Shown: positions 19,753 to 29,763 of the stretch, in pieces
How positions within the stretch are numbered: the stretch's first letter is position 1
Layout: the number at the start of each line of letters is the position of its first letter
Assembly (NCBI GenBank): GCA_049694315.1
Contig: JBAVQU010000008.1
Coordinates: 17,665 to 81,664, forward strand
Direction of reading: 5' to 3'
DNA: 64,000 nucleotides
Source: Candidatus Zixiibacteriota bacterium
GTDB lineage: Bacteria > Zixibacteria > MSB-5A5 > SM1-73
Notes under the pieces: generated by a model
What the model was told of the DNA's origin: nothing
Databases searched by the model: none
What the model saw: the letters and a program-made list of their open reading frames with translations, nothing else
Translations under genes and position numbers: made by a program

Positions 19753-20796
19753 TCATTTTTTCAGGAATTCCAATGCATCCATCAGCTTCCCACATCCCAA
19801 TCTCACCGGATCGACCGTGGGGAGTCCGGTTTCCCTTTCGGTTTTGTCGATCTCCCTTCTTGCCTCCGGTTCGGTCAAGCTCTGGGTATTTAAGGAGATC
19901 CCGATTACCTTGCAGGGCTTTACCGGCGCGGCGACTCCCTCATGCAGCCTAGCCAGCTCGGAAAGAGGCGGAATCCTCACTTGATAGTTCTTTATCTTTT
20001 CCCTCCCGGGGTAATGACACAATACCATGGCATCTGGAAGACTGCCATGAACTAAAGCCAAGGAAACTCCAGAGTAGCCCGGATGGATAATGGTTCCCTG
20101 TCCCTCGACACATAATAAATCATAAGAGCTCGATTTTGCAATAAGAAATTCTTCTATGGCCCCCGACATGAAGTCCCCGATCACCGAGTCGATGGGCACC
20201 CCTTCATCGGCAATCACCATGCCGGTCTGACCGGTGGCAACGAATAACGAATTCCAACCGTGCTTCTTCGCCTCCCTGGTCATCTCAAGAGAGGTGACCA
20301 TCTTCCCGGTTTTGCAGTCTGTTCCCACGGTCAGAACTACCTTGGCTTTGATCAGACAAGGATCGCCGGAGGAGACTCGGTTATACTGTCTGGACTCACG
20401 CAAATCATGAATCTTAGTCCCGTTCGATGAAGCCAGCCGGGATAGTTCGGCGTCCTGGTTCAACATGTCGTGCAGCCCGCTGATCACCTCCAGCCGATTC
20501 TCCAGGGCCTGTTTCACTATGCCTCTCCATGCTAAGGGCAGCTTGCCGCCTCTGGGGGCAATTCCAATTAGAAGTGCATTCGGAGCATGTCTGAATGAAT
20601 CCGCCAGAACGGCAACAATGGGAATATCTCCCCCGAATCCTAGAACCTGTTGAACCGTTTTTCCCGCTTTGGTGGAATCGAGTATGGCCACCACTTCTTC
20701 GGGTTTATACATTATCAAGCCGGAGGCGGTCTTGGCCTCCAGGTCTCCAAAGTATCCTTCGGTTAGAACCACTATGCGTCTTTTTCTTACTGTCAT
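19753..20796 (-). CDS. DUF1611-family protein
   Basis: VGTDCKTGKMVTSLEM...ATGQTG...EGQG..HPGYSG resembles DUF1611. I start it at the ATG at 20796 (MTVRKRR) rather than at the upstream non-ATG start used in the ORF track. Confidence 0.65.
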   Translation of the reverse strand: MTVRKRRIVVLTEGYFGDLEAKTASGLIMYKPEEVVAILDSTKAGKTVQQVLGFGGDIPIVAVLADSFRHAPNALLIGIAPRGGKLPLAWRGIVKQALENRLEVISGLHDMLNQDAELSRLASSNGTKIHDLRESRQYNRVSSGDPCLIKAKVVLTVGTDCKTGKMVTSLEMTREAKKHGWNSLFVATGQTGMVIADEGVPIDSVIGDFMSGAIEEFLIAKSSSYDLLCVEGQGTIIHPGYSGVSLALVHGSLPDAMVLCHYPGREKIKNYQVRIPPLSELARLHEGVAAPVKPCKVIGISLNTQSLTEPEARREIDKTERETGLPTVDPVRLGCGKLMDALEFLKK

Positions 20797-20869
20797 GATT
20801 TTCTGTTCGTCACCCGCTCCTGTAATGGGACGGGGTACGGTGTAATATAAGAGATTAAGAGTCAAAATG

Positions 20870-21060
20870 AAAAGTTCAAAATTACGATTCGAAAATCAAA
20901 ACTTACTGCAACCAGATTCTGCTCCCTCTGATTTTGAATTTTGCTCTTTCATTCTTGCGTTTCGTGTTCACCGTTTCCCTGACCCTCGACTTCACTCAGG
21001 GCAAACCCTCTCCCCTCCCGGAGAGGGAAGATCGTGATTTAACCCCCGTCCCCATCCGAA
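20870..21060. repeat. Composite intergenic repeat: AT-rich ttcaaaat module plus GC-rich palindromic module
   Basis: aaagttcaaaattacgattcgaaaatcaaaac ... ctcgacttcactcagggcaaaccctctcccctcccggagaggg. Related to 32688-32850. Confidence 0.55.
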
Positions 21061-21079
21061 CAAAGATTCATAAGAAGTT

Positions 21080-21107
21080 GTAGGGGCGGTTCATGAACCG
21101 CCCCTAC
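21080..21107 (-). terminator. Perfect palindrome just downstream of the SBBP gene stop; probable terminator hairpin
   Basis: gtaggggcggttcatgaaccgcccctac. A related hairpin, gggcgacc-ataaa-ggtcgccc followed by ctac, is at 31038-31058. Confidence 0.5.
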
Positions 21108-21125
21108 AATACCAAACGGAAGAGG

Positions 21126-22814
21126 TCATTTCAAAAGGACCATCTTGTTAGCTAGAATCTGGTCTCCTACTTTCAATTGATAAAAGTAGACTCCACTGAC
21201 TGATCGCTCTCCCTTATCATTCTTCCCATCCCATTGGACAGAATAACTTCCTGGATGTTTGTTCTCATTTACCAAGGTCCTGACCACCTCCCCCAAGACA
21301 TTATAGATTCTAAGGGTGGTCGGGACGGGGCTGCGGGCCGTGGATTGCGGACGGTGGACGGTGTAGTGGATGGTGGTGGAGGGGTTGAACGGATTGGGGT
21401 AGTTCTGGGAAAGAGTGAATTCCGAGGGGCTTCCAGAGCTTTCGGCCTCATCCTTCACCGCGCTTGGTTTTTTGACATACTTTATAGTAGTATAGTCCGT
21501 GTAAGTCAAAGCATTGTAGCTAGTTCCGGTTACGTAAACATTGCCCGAATCATCTACAGCTATGGCAGAAGCCGCATCCGAATTGTTAGCTGGGCTGTTG
21601 TATCTTATAATCCAAGCAGTGTCTCCGTTAGGATGATACTTTATAGTGGCAAAATCATTGTCCGTCCCGATGCCACCGTAACTTCCTCCAGTCACATAGA
21701 TATTGTCAGAATCGTCTACGGCTATGGCACGAGCCACATCATCGCTGTTTCCCGGTCCCTCGTATAATCTCGCCCAGAGACTGTCCCCCTCGGAATTATA
21801 CTTTATCGTGGCATAGTCGGTGTTGTCATCACCGGTGTAACTGCTTCCGGTTACGTAGATATTATCCGAATGATCTAAGACCATAGCATAAGCGTTATCA
21901 GTGGAGTTATACAGTCCATTGTATCTTCTCACCCAGGCAGTGTCCCCATTCGGATAGTATTTTATGACGGCATAGTCGTCTTCGGTTACATCGCCATAAC
22001 TATATCCACACACATAGACATCTTTAGAACCATCGATGGCTATAGCATTGGGATAATCATCGCTATTCCCTGGTCCGTTGTATCTTCTTACCCAGACGGT
22101 ATCTCCCCCAGGGGTATATTTGATGGTGGTATAGTCGTAGCGTGTCCCACTGCCCTCGCTATATCCGGTCACATACACATAGCCGGAATCATCCACGGCC
22201 AGGGCAGAAGCATTATCATAAGAGTTTCCCGGTCCATTGTATCTTCTAACCCAGACTGTGTCGCCATTGGGATAATACTTTATGGTTGCATAGTCCCAAT
22301 CTGTCTCGCTGACTTTGCTACTTCCGGTCACATAGACATAGCTGGAATCATCCACCGCTATGGCAATAGCATCATCATCTGAGTTTGCCGGTCCGTTGTA
22401 TCTTTGAACCCAAGCAACATCTCCATTGGGAAAATACCTGATTGTAGCATAATCATAAGAAGTTCCAAGGCCGTAACTCGCTCCGGTCACGTAGACATTG
22501 TCAGAACCATCTACCGATAGACCATAGGCCGCATCATCGATGTTCCCCGGTCCATTATATCTTCTCACCCAGGCGGTATCCCCGTTGGAGTAATACTTGA
22601 TGGTGGCATAGTCATAATCTGTGCCGCTGCCTTTGCCATATCCGGTCACATAAACATTACCTGAGCCATCTACTTCGATGGCTGAAGCATGGTCTTCGTT
22701 ATTTCCCGGTCCATTGTACATTCTCACCCAGGCGGTGTCAACCGACTCGGCAAATGATGGAGATGCACACAACAACAGCACTATCCCCAAAACCATCTTT
22801 AGAGCTTTTAGCAT
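21126..22814 (-). CDS. SBBP (beta-propeller) repeat protein with a T9SS-type C-terminal sorting domain
   Basis: At least 8 repeats of DTAWVRRYNGPGN..D.A.AIAVDDSGNVYVTG.S.G.GT..DY.TIKY. C-terminal NYPNPFNPSTTI...GVYFYQL.......KMVLLK. ATG at 22814 with SD aaggagg, followed by a signal peptide. Confidence 0.8.
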   Translation of the reverse strand: MLKALKMVLGIVLLLCASPSFAESVDTAWVRMYNGPGNNEDHASAIEVDGSGNVYVTGYGKGSGTDYDYATIKYYSNGDTAWVRRYNGPGNIDDAAYGLSVDGSDNVYVTGASYGLGTSYDYATIRYFPNGDVAWVQRYNGPANSDDDAIAIAVDDSSYVYVTGSSKVSETDWDYATIKYYPNGDTVWVRRYNGPGNSYDNASALAVDDSGYVYVTGYSEGSGTRYDYTTIKYTPGGDTVWVRRYNGPGNSDDYPNAIAIDGSKDVYVCGYSYGDVTEDDYAVIKYYPNGDTAWVRRYNGLYNSTDNAYAMVLDHSDNIYVTGSSYTGDDNTDYATIKYNSEGDSLWARLYEGPGNSDDVARAIAVDDSDNIYVTGGSYGGIGTDNDFATIKYHPNGDTAWIIRYNSPANNSDAASAIAVDDSGNVYVTGTSYNALTYTDYTTIKYVKKPSAVKDEAESSGSPSEFTLSQNYPNPFNPSTTIHYTVHRPQSTARSPVPTTLRIYNVLGEVVRTLVNENKHPGSYSVQWDGKNDKGERSVSGVYFYQLKVGDQILANKMVLLK

Positions 22815-22850
22815 GATATACCTCCTTGTTTTTGACCTGTTTGCTTTTGT

Positions 22851-22987
22851 CACCCTCTCCCTACCCCCTCCCATTGAGGGAGGGGGAAAGAAAAACCTTC
22901 CCCCTTGATGGAGGAGGAAACATCTTTAACCCCAGCCCCTCGTTCCCGCTCTCCGTAAAATGGACAGGGGGACCAAGGGTGAGAGGT
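22851..22987. repeat. GC-rich imperfect palindromic intergenic element
   Basis: caccctctccctaccccctccc-attga-gggaggggg ... cccgctctcc...gggggaccaagggtgagaggt. Same family as 3658-3715, 4835-4892, 28111-28163, 29490-29600 and 32727-32850. Confidence 0.6.
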
Positions 22988-23583
22988 CACTTAATTACAT
23001 GCAAGAAATCTCCTAACAAAAACTGCATTCTTCCGATCAGAAGTGAAATTCGGGACATGACCGTATAGCCGAAAGTGGCTCCGAAGAAGATCATCAAAAA
23101 CCAGGTGCCCATTTTTGCGGTTGCGCCAAACCAGCCTTTATGCTCCTTGGAGAAAAAGAAATAAGCCAAGATGGTAGCGATGCCCAAGAATATGATGATT
23201 CCATCCACAGTGGCAAAATCGGTCATGGAGGCCTGCATCTGGCTGAAGAGCCTTGCCTGTATGGTGGCGGGTATGGCCACTCCGGCACCTGCTCCGATGA
23301 TCAGGGCAATGGATATCCGAGAAAGCCAAGCATATCTCGGCACCAATCTTAGCAACATGAAAATGCCCAGGACGCCGGGTATAATATAAACAAATTCTCC
23401 CCGTCTGAAAACAGGATTTATCAATTTCGGCATGAGGGTGGTGTTCAAAGCTATAACCAGAACATAGCCCACCGAGATGCCGACCAGAAGATGTTCAGCG
23501 AACCTGTAAAAGGGATTATCCTTATACAGGAAGGAAAAAATGCACAGGGTTAGGAAAGTCGCAATTAGAGTTTCAATATTCAT
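22987..23583 (-). CDS. Polytopic membrane protein, unknown function
   Basis: 198 aa with about 6 hydrophobic helices. Confidence 0.55.
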   Translation of the reverse strand: MNIETLIATFLTLCIFSFLYKDNPFYRFAEHLLVGISVGYVLVIALNTTLMPKLINPVFRRGEFVYIIPGVLGIFMLLRLVPRYAWLSRISIALIIGAGAGVAIPATIQARLFSQMQASMTDFATVDGIIIFLGIATILAYFFFSKEHKGWFGATAKMGTWFLMIFFGATFGYTVMSRISLLIGRMQFLLGDFLHVIK

Positions 23584-23667
23584 AGTTTATTTCGTCCGTA
23601 GTCCGCTGTCCGTCGACCGTCGCAAACGCTTTTTAGGGTTTTGCGACCGACGGCGGACGATTTTATT

Positions 23668-25317
23668 TCAATTCAATCCCGATATATTTCCGTTCTCATC
23701 CAAATCGAAGTTGAATGCGGCCGGTAGAGTAGGCAAGCCGGGCATGGTGGTGATCTCACCGGCTAAGGCATATAGATATCCGGCTCCTGCGGCAGGTCGA
23801 ACGTCCTTTATGGGGAAGCGAAAATTCTCCGGCCTTCCTTTAAGCTTGGGATCATGCGATAACGAATTAGGCGTCTTGGCTATACAGACCGGGAGATTGT
23901 CCAATCCCCAGGAATTGAAAAGATCGATTCTCTTCTCCGCGAGAGGAGAATAGGTAACCTCACCTGCCCCGTAGATTTTCTTGGCGATCGTCTCAATCTT
24001 CTCCTTTGTCCCTCCTCCCGCATACAGAAATTCAAAAGAGCTTCCCTTATCGGCTAATCTTACGACCTTTTCCGCCAACTCTACTCCGCCCTCCCCACCC
24101 CGGCCAAACATCTCTGCCACAGCCACCTCATCCGCGCCAGCTTGGATCGACTTTTCTCTTAGCAAGGAAAGCTCGTTCTCGGTATCCTCCGAGAAACGAT
24201 TTATGGCTACTATTACCCGAAGCCCAAAAAGCTTAAGATTCTCTATATGTTTCTGCAAGTTCTGGCAACCTTTTTCCAAGATCGAGAGATTCTCTTGGCC
24301 GACAGCTTTTTTGTCATAGATTCCGATTCCGTGCATCATCAGGCTTCTCACTGTGGCGACCAAAACCGCCAAATCCGGTCTCAACCCGCTCTCCCGACAT
24401 TTTATGTTCATCAGCTTCTCCGCCCCGCAGTCCGCACCGAAGCCGGACTCAGTTATGAGGTAATCGGTAAGCTTCAGGGCGATAAGATCGGCTATGACGG
24501 AGCTATTTCCGTGCGAGATATTAGCAAAAGGACCGGTATGGATGAAGGCCGGAGCGTTCTCGGAGGTCTGAACTAAGTTGGGGTTGAAGGCTTTCTTCAA
24601 GACCACCGCCATGGCTCCGGTAGAATTCAGATCCCCGGAGGTTATCATCTTCTTGTTTTGATCCATTCCCACAATTATCTTCGAGAGCCTGTTCTTGAGA
24701 TCTTTTAAGTCGTTGGATAAGGACAAGATCGACATGACCTCACTGGCCGGAGTAATGTCGAAAGTTGACTCCCTGGGTATGCCGTTCGATTTACCTCCTA
24801 AGCCTACAATGATATTCCTTAAGGCCCGATCATTTATGTCCACCACCCTGGACCAGAAGATCCCTGAAATATCGAGACCCAATTTATTTCCCTTTTGCAG
24901 ATGCGTATCCAAAATGGCTGAAAGGAGATTGTGCGCATAACCGATGGCGTGAAAGTCCCCCGTGAAATGCAGGTCTATCTCCTCCTTGGGCAAGACCTGT
25001 GCTTTTCCTCCCCCGGTGGCACCACCTTTAATTCCGAACAAAGGACCCATGGAGGGTTGCCTTAGAGTGCACATGGATTTCTTGCCGATTCTGTTTAAGG
25101 CTTCGGAGAGGCCGATGGCGGTCACGGTTTTTCCTTCGCCCAAAGGAGTAGGGGTGATGGCGGTCACAAAAACGTATTTGCCCGATTTTCGACTCTTTAG
25201 CCTCTCCAGAGCCTTGAAAGAGACCTTGGCGATGTATGATCCGTAGAGTTCTAACTCATCCTCTTTCAAACCGAGCTTTTCAGCTATTTCCAGGATTGGC
25301 TTGATCTTCTCAGACAT
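23668..25317 (-). CDS. fhs: Formate--tetrahydrofolate ligase
   Basis: ITPTPLGEGKTVTAIGL, LRQPSMGPLFGIKGGATGGG and DLHFTGDFHAI are present. I start it at ATG 25317 (MSEKIKPILEIAEKLGL). Confidence 0.9.
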   Translation of the reverse strand: MSEKIKPILEIAEKLGLKEDELELYGSYIAKVSFKALERLKSRKSGKYVFVTAITPTPLGEGKTVTAIGLSEALNRIGKKSMCTLRQPSMGPLFGIKGGATGGGKAQVLPKEEIDLHFTGDFHAIGYAHNLLSAILDTHLQKGNKLGLDISGIFWSRVVDINDRALRNIIVGLGGKSNGIPRESTFDITPASEVMSILSLSNDLKDLKNRLSKIIVGMDQNKKMITSGDLNSTGAMAVVLKKAFNPNLVQTSENAPAFIHTGPFANISHGNSSVIADLIALKLTDYLITESGFGADCGAEKLMNIKCRESGLRPDLAVLVATVRSLMMHGIGIYDKKAVGQENLSILEKGCQNLQKHIENLKLFGLRVIVAINRFSEDTENELSLLREKSIQAGADEVAVAEMFGRGGEGGVELAEKVVRLADKGSSFEFLYAGGGTKEKIETIAKKIYGAGEVTYSPLAEKRIDLFNSWGLDNLPVCIAKTPNSLSHDPKLKGRPENFRFPIKDVRPAAGAGYLYALAGEITTMPGLPTLPAAFNFDLDENGNISGLN

Positions 25318-25359
25318 TTCAAATCCCTTCCTCTTACGTCCACAGTCCACTGTCCACAG

Positions 25360-26187
25360 CTAAAGCGGTTTTGCGGTGGGCTGTCGACTGTGGACTGTGG
25401 ACTGGCTATTCAAGAAGTAGGCTACATTACCCCAAATCACCAACAAGATTATCACCAAATGACACGCCGACTGCGCATCCATGCCTTTCTGTCCCATTCC
25501 CGGCTTCTTGATCAACATCTCATACTCTGCCGCCCCTTTGAGACCGCCCACCAGACCGACCAATTGACCGGAGGAGAGAAAGGGATAGAAGCTGGTGGCC
25601 ATCACCGCGGTGGTAGCACAGGCGAGCTTCTTGTGATAGCGGGAGACTGCATAATCCACCCACGAAACCGGCATGTCACCATCTGCCACTGAGATGATCA
25701 ATTCGACATCATCATAATTTTTGATGTCTCTCATCATCGGAATTTGTTCCAAAGATGTGTTATTGTAATCCTGCGGAAAGACTCTTTTTATCTCCTCTCC
25801 CATTCCCAAAATAGCCGACTGAGATTGCGGCCTGAATCCCAAGAACACATAATCTTCTCCATACTTGGCGTGACATTGATTTGCGGTCTCTCTTAAGATC
25901 TGGTCTCCGATAGCAGTCCCCTCGGCCATGAGAGCTAATCCCACCACCTTGAGTTTCTTCGCAAAGCAATGGTATAGAATCGCCTGAGCCATCGGCTTCA
26001 CTTCCGGCAGAGAGGAGGCTTCATGATCGAATGAAACCATCACTACCGATCCGGAATCCAATCGGTCTATGCTTTCGTACACATTTCTCACCTCGGAGGT
26101 GACCTGGTTGGGCAATCCGATTTTGATCACCAGAGGAATGGCAACGGAGAAGGCAATTAAAATAAATATCAATCTTCGGGACATCAT
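25360..26187 (-). CDS. Membrane-anchored hypothetical protein
   Basis: 275 aa with an N-terminal TM helix and a C-terminal TM helix. Confidence 0.5.
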   Translation of the reverse strand: MMSRRLIFILIAFSVAIPLVIKIGLPNQVTSEVRNVYESIDRLDSGSVVMVSFDHEASSLPEVKPMAQAILYHCFAKKLKVVGLALMAEGTAIGDQILRETANQCHAKYGEDYVFLGFRPQSQSAILGMGEEIKRVFPQDYNNTSLEQIPMMRDIKNYDDVELIISVADGDMPVSWVDYAVSRYHKKLACATTAVMATSFYPFLSSGQLVGLVGGLKGAAEYEMLIKKPGMGQKGMDAQSACHLVIILLVIWGNVAYFLNSQSTVHSRQPTAKPL

Positions 26188-26241
26188 AGAGAATAAAAAT
26201 TCAAACTAAAAATTGAAAATTAAGATTTAAACTTCAAACCT

Positions 26242-27423
26242 TCATCTTTTTCTCTTTAGCAAGATCATAGCTATGTCATCTGTTTGCAGTATTCCTTTTG
26301 TAGACTTCTCCACTTCTTTGATAATGGATTCAACGATGGAATCCGTGCTTTTCTCTCGAAATCTGATTAGGAGTTCTATCACGTTCTCCTCACCCATAGC
26401 TTCGATTTCTGGAAGACCAGCTTCGGTCAAGCCATCCGTATATAACAAAAGAAGGTCTCCGGGTTTGAGAACGACAGAATCAGTTTCGAATTCGGAATCC
26501 GAACTGATACCCAAAACCATCCCTCCCTGGGTGAGTCTCATAAAGGTACCGTCCTGCCGAACAACCACCGGAGGGTTGTGGCCTGCATTTATATAAGTAA
26601 ATTCACCAGTTAGATTATTTAGCTTTCCGATGAAAAAAGTAACGAACAAGTGCGAGGGGGTATCCTTGAATAGACCTCGATTGATTCTGGTCACCGCCTC
26701 AACGGTGCAGCAATCGTCTGCCAAAGTATGTAGGGTGGCATGGAGGTTGGCCGCGACCAAGGCGGCAGGTACGCCCTTGCCCGAGACATCCGCGATGACC
26801 ACCGCCACGCCGCTTTTCAGGGGAATAACATCGAAGTAGTCTCCCCCCACCTCTTTGGCCGGTCTGAAAAAGGTGGACACCTCAAAGCCTTCGATTCGGA
26901 TCGGACCCCGGGGCAGAAACCCGGCCTGTACCTGGCGGGCCACCTGCAGTTCCTTCTCCAGAAGCTCCTTCTCTCTTATCTTCTCGTAGCTCTTCTCCAG
27001 TTCCGTTTTGAGATGCTGGTATAGCGTCATAAGCAGGGTCACTAACATCCCTATTCCGCCCGCGATCAGCAAGAAAGTAAACAGCAGTTTGGTGGAGAAG
27101 CCAGGCATGACTCCGAATTGAACCATAAGGAAGAAAAAGAGCGTGGCAGCTCCCAGGGCCACGACGAAAAACGTAAGGACTTGGCTCACCATTCTGAATG
27201 GCTGGGGAAGCGACTCCAGTCTTTCGGAAATCGGAATTCCCACCAAGGCGCAAGCAAATCCAATCATGTTTCCGATAAGCGGACCCAGGATGACCGAACT
27301 TAGCACCAGATTCCAGGAGAGAACCCTGGCGAAGAACAGGCTTATTAGGAGGTAGCTGACAAAACCGGGTACGGTAGAAACCAGAAAGATCGTGATGTAG
27401 TCTTTATCCTTTGGTTTTTTCAT
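26242..27423 (-). CDS. PP2C/SpoIIE-family serine phosphatase with an N-terminal membrane domain
   Basis: GGDYFDVIPL, ADVSGKGVPAAL, NAGHNPP, LLLYTDGLTE and TDDIAMILL are present, preceded by about 5 TM helices. Confidence 0.8.
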   Translation of the reverse strand: MKKPKDKDYITIFLVSTVPGFVSYLLISLFFARVLSWNLVLSSVILGPLIGNMIGFACALVGIPISERLESLPQPFRMVSQVLTFFVVALGAATLFFFLMVQFGVMPGFSTKLLFTFLLIAGGIGMLVTLLMTLYQHLKTELEKSYEKIREKELLEKELQVARQVQAGFLPRGPIRIEGFEVSTFFRPAKEVGGDYFDVIPLKSGVAVVIADVSGKGVPAALVAANLHATLHTLADDCCTVEAVTRINRGLFKDTPSHLFVTFFIGKLNNLTGEFTYINAGHNPPVVVRQDGTFMRLTQGGMVLGISSDSEFETDSVVLKPGDLLLLYTDGLTEAGLPEIEAMGEENVIELLIRFREKSTDSIVESIIKEVEKSTKGILQTDDIAMILLKRKR

Positions 27424-27475
27424 GCTCGTTCCTCACTTTCTGTTTGACTCAAGTGGCGGCTCTCTATCGGGCGCG

Positions 27476-28096
27476 CTATCTGCCCCCCAGATACGTTCTT
27501 TCGATCCCCAGGATGATTCTCAAGGAGGTGGAGATGGTTCCCAGTCCGATTCCGATATAAAGTCCTCTTTTAGCGGCCATGCTGGGAACGCGTAAAATCC
27601 AGTTAGCAGAGTCCGGAATCCAATGGGAGGTGTAACTGCCCAGCGGGACACGACCTAACATGACGATGATAGCGACCAAGAGAAGCAGGCCCGCTTCCCA
27701 GCTTCGGGCACGAAATCCGCGGTAGGCTGCGGATGCGACAAAGAAAGCCAGAAGCGAGAACATGGTGGATTGCATCGGGGCTTGCATGGTATTGAACATC
27801 CAGAGGAATGGCGTTTTCTCTCCGGTTCCCTGCCACAATCCAAAGATTACCATCACCACCAGTCCCGCCAAGCCGATCAGATTATATCCCCAGCCGGATT
27901 GTATCTGGGTTATCTTTTTCGCATTTAGATTTATGTAGCTGACCACCCCGATCAGCAGGGTGAAGACGAAGATGATCTGCATCCAGTCCAAGACCATCTG
28001 ATAGGCGGAAATGGATGCTCGATGCGGGACGAAGAACTGCACCAGCATGAAGGCACCGAAGATGAAACAGACGATGATGGGAATGGTTCTTTGCAC
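27476..28096 (-). CDS. Polytopic membrane protein, unknown function
   Basis: 206 aa with about 6 hydrophobic helices. Confidence 0.5.
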   Translation of the reverse strand: MQRTIPIIVCFIFGAFMLVQFFVPHRASISAYQMVLDWMQIIFVFTLLIGVVSYINLNAKKITQIQSGWGYNLIGLAGLVVMVIFGLWQGTGEKTPFLWMFNTMQAPMQSTMFSLLAFFVASAAYRGFRARSWEAGLLLLVAIIVMLGRVPLGSYTSHWIPDSANWILRVPSMAAKRGLYIGIGLGTISTSLRIILGIERTYLGGR

Positions 28097-28110
28097 GTTC
28101 TTCCAATGAT

Positions 28111-28163
28111 CCCCTCACCCTTTTTCCTTCTCCCCAGAGGGGAGAGGGCTAGGGTGAGGGGGA
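28111..28163. repeat. GC-rich palindromic intergenic element
   Basis: cccctcaccctttttccttctcccc-agag-gggagagggctagggtgaggggg. Confidence 0.65.
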
Positions 28164-28167
28164 ATCG

Positions 28168-29295
28168 CTAGTACGTCGAAAATAGTCTGATGAACCAACT
28201 TAGCCCAAGGACCCCTGCAATCCCTCCAATCAATATTAGCAAAACAATAACCGCCTTTAACCAATCCTGACCCTTGATGCTTCCTAAGACCTGCTTATCC
28301 TGGGTCAAATATCCGCTGGCAACGAAAAGCTCTTCACCCATCAAAGTATAATCGCATGCCACTATGAAGAAAGACAACTGGATGGTGGAATCGGTCCCGG
28401 CAATCTGAAAAGCTCCGATTGAGTTGCCGGTTTCCGCCAGAATCAACGCTTCCGCTTCGAAAGTTCCCAAAAACAGATTAGTAGCAGGAAGCTGGCGGGT
28501 CATGATCCCGTCCACTGCGGCCGCATAACCAAACTGGCTTTGGGTGACAAAAAATATGTTGTCGGGATGGTATGCGTCGGGATGACCTGCCCGGGAGCAT
28601 GCTTCTTTTACCACCTCTTGAGCCGTGGTCATCACCACCGGGTCGTAGTTGGGGAATATCAGGGGAGTGTTGTATTCCGCAGTCTTCTCCGCCACACTGG
28701 ATAGGATATTCATGGATGCCATGGTGGCCACTCGATCCATCTTGCCCAAACCCGCGGAATAAAGTATCGGCTTACCCATCTCCGTGGCTCGACCGATGGC
28801 ATCGTCTATGGCCTGCAATCCTGCAATCGGCCGGATATAGAGTCTTCTGCCTGATTTGGCATATAGAATAAATCCCAGGATAAACATAAAAGAGATAATC
28901 GTACCGAAAAGAATGTTGGTCCTTTGAGTGTTGAACCATTGGCCTTTCGAAACCACAGGTCCAGTGACTGCCGAAAACAAAGTATCGTTGCCCTTGGTCC
29001 CTTTTAGAAAATAAGAGTATCTGACTCCATCTTTGACATGTGTGTCAACAAATTGGGTGTCTGTGGATGAAATCTTCCCGGCCAACTCGAAACCTTCATC
29101 ATGCTCTGCCGATCTCCAGATTTCATATTCGGTTTTGCTGGTGTCCTGGGGCAACCCTTCAAAGGTCAGGGTAATACTCTCCCCTCTGTCGTTGGGGGTG
29201 TCCACAGCTTTCAGTTTGACCCGAAGTTGCGCCGAAACGATGCAAGGAAGAAGGAAAAGTGGAAAAAGGAAGATGAGGAATTTTGATTTCAGCAT
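28168..29295 (-). CDS. Signal-peptide and TM-helix hypothetical protein
   Basis: 375 aa with a signal peptide, a beta-rich N-terminal module, an internal TM helix and a C-terminal TM helix. Confidence 0.5.
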   Translation of the reverse strand: MLKSKFLIFLFPLFLLPCIVSAQLRVKLKAVDTPNDRGESITLTFEGLPQDTSKTEYEIWRSAEHDEGFELAGKISSTDTQFVDTHVKDGVRYSYFLKGTKGNDTLFSAVTGPVVSKGQWFNTQRTNILFGTIISFMFILGFILYAKSGRRLYIRPIAGLQAIDDAIGRATEMGKPILYSAGLGKMDRVATMASMNILSSVAEKTAEYNTPLIFPNYDPVVMTTAQEVVKEACSRAGHPDAYHPDNIFFVTQSQFGYAAAVDGIMTRQLPATNLFLGTFEAEALILAETGNSIGAFQIAGTDSTIQLSFFIVACDYTLMGEELFVASGYLTQDKQVLGSIKGQDWLKAVIVLLILIGGIAGVLGLSWFIRLFSTY

Positions 29296-29378
29296 CCTGG
29301 ACTTAGCTGATCCTATGAGTCTGAACTCGAGCCATCAAGTTTTTTCTCACAAGCTAAGGGATCGATGTGGCTTGTCAA

Positions 29379-29486
29379 GGTAAAACTTCCCGGAGAACGC
29401 TGGTTCAGGGTGCCCCTACCCTGAACGATTAGTGTTGCAGGATAATGATACACCCCTACGATAGGTAAGGTAAACTTCCCGGAAAC
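29379..29486. mobile_element. MITE-like element of about 70 bp, flanked by an 18-20 bp direct repeat
   Basis: ggtaaaacttcccggagaac (29379-29398) and ggtaaacttcccggaaac (29469-29486) bracket ggttcagggtgcccctaccctgaac...cacccctacgatag. The core recurs at 30950-31015. Confidence 0.45.
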
Positions 29487-29763
29487 CTCACCCCCATCTT
29501 ACGGCTCTTCTATTTCCCCCTCTCCATTTCTCGGTTTGACTTCCTCACCATTCTGAACCTGTAGAAGGATGGAGAGGGGGATTAAGGGAAAGAGGTAATC
29601 TTATGCTGGTCTGATGAACCCTCTTTCTACTGCACATTTGCTCGATTTAACCAGAACTTACAAGCCAATGCAAAAAGTAGTGAGACTAAAGAAATTTTTG
29701 TTGTATTATTGAATAATATTCATTATTTAATAGACACCCATTAGGTTAAGGAGGTGAGGTTTT

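Noticed and set aside
21126-22814. Highly periodic nucleotide repeats that could be mistaken for a tandem-repeat or CRISPR-like array
   Set aside because: The periodicity of about 180-190 nt is in frame and corresponds to SBBP beta-propeller blades within one continuous ORF. There is no repeat-spacer architecture.
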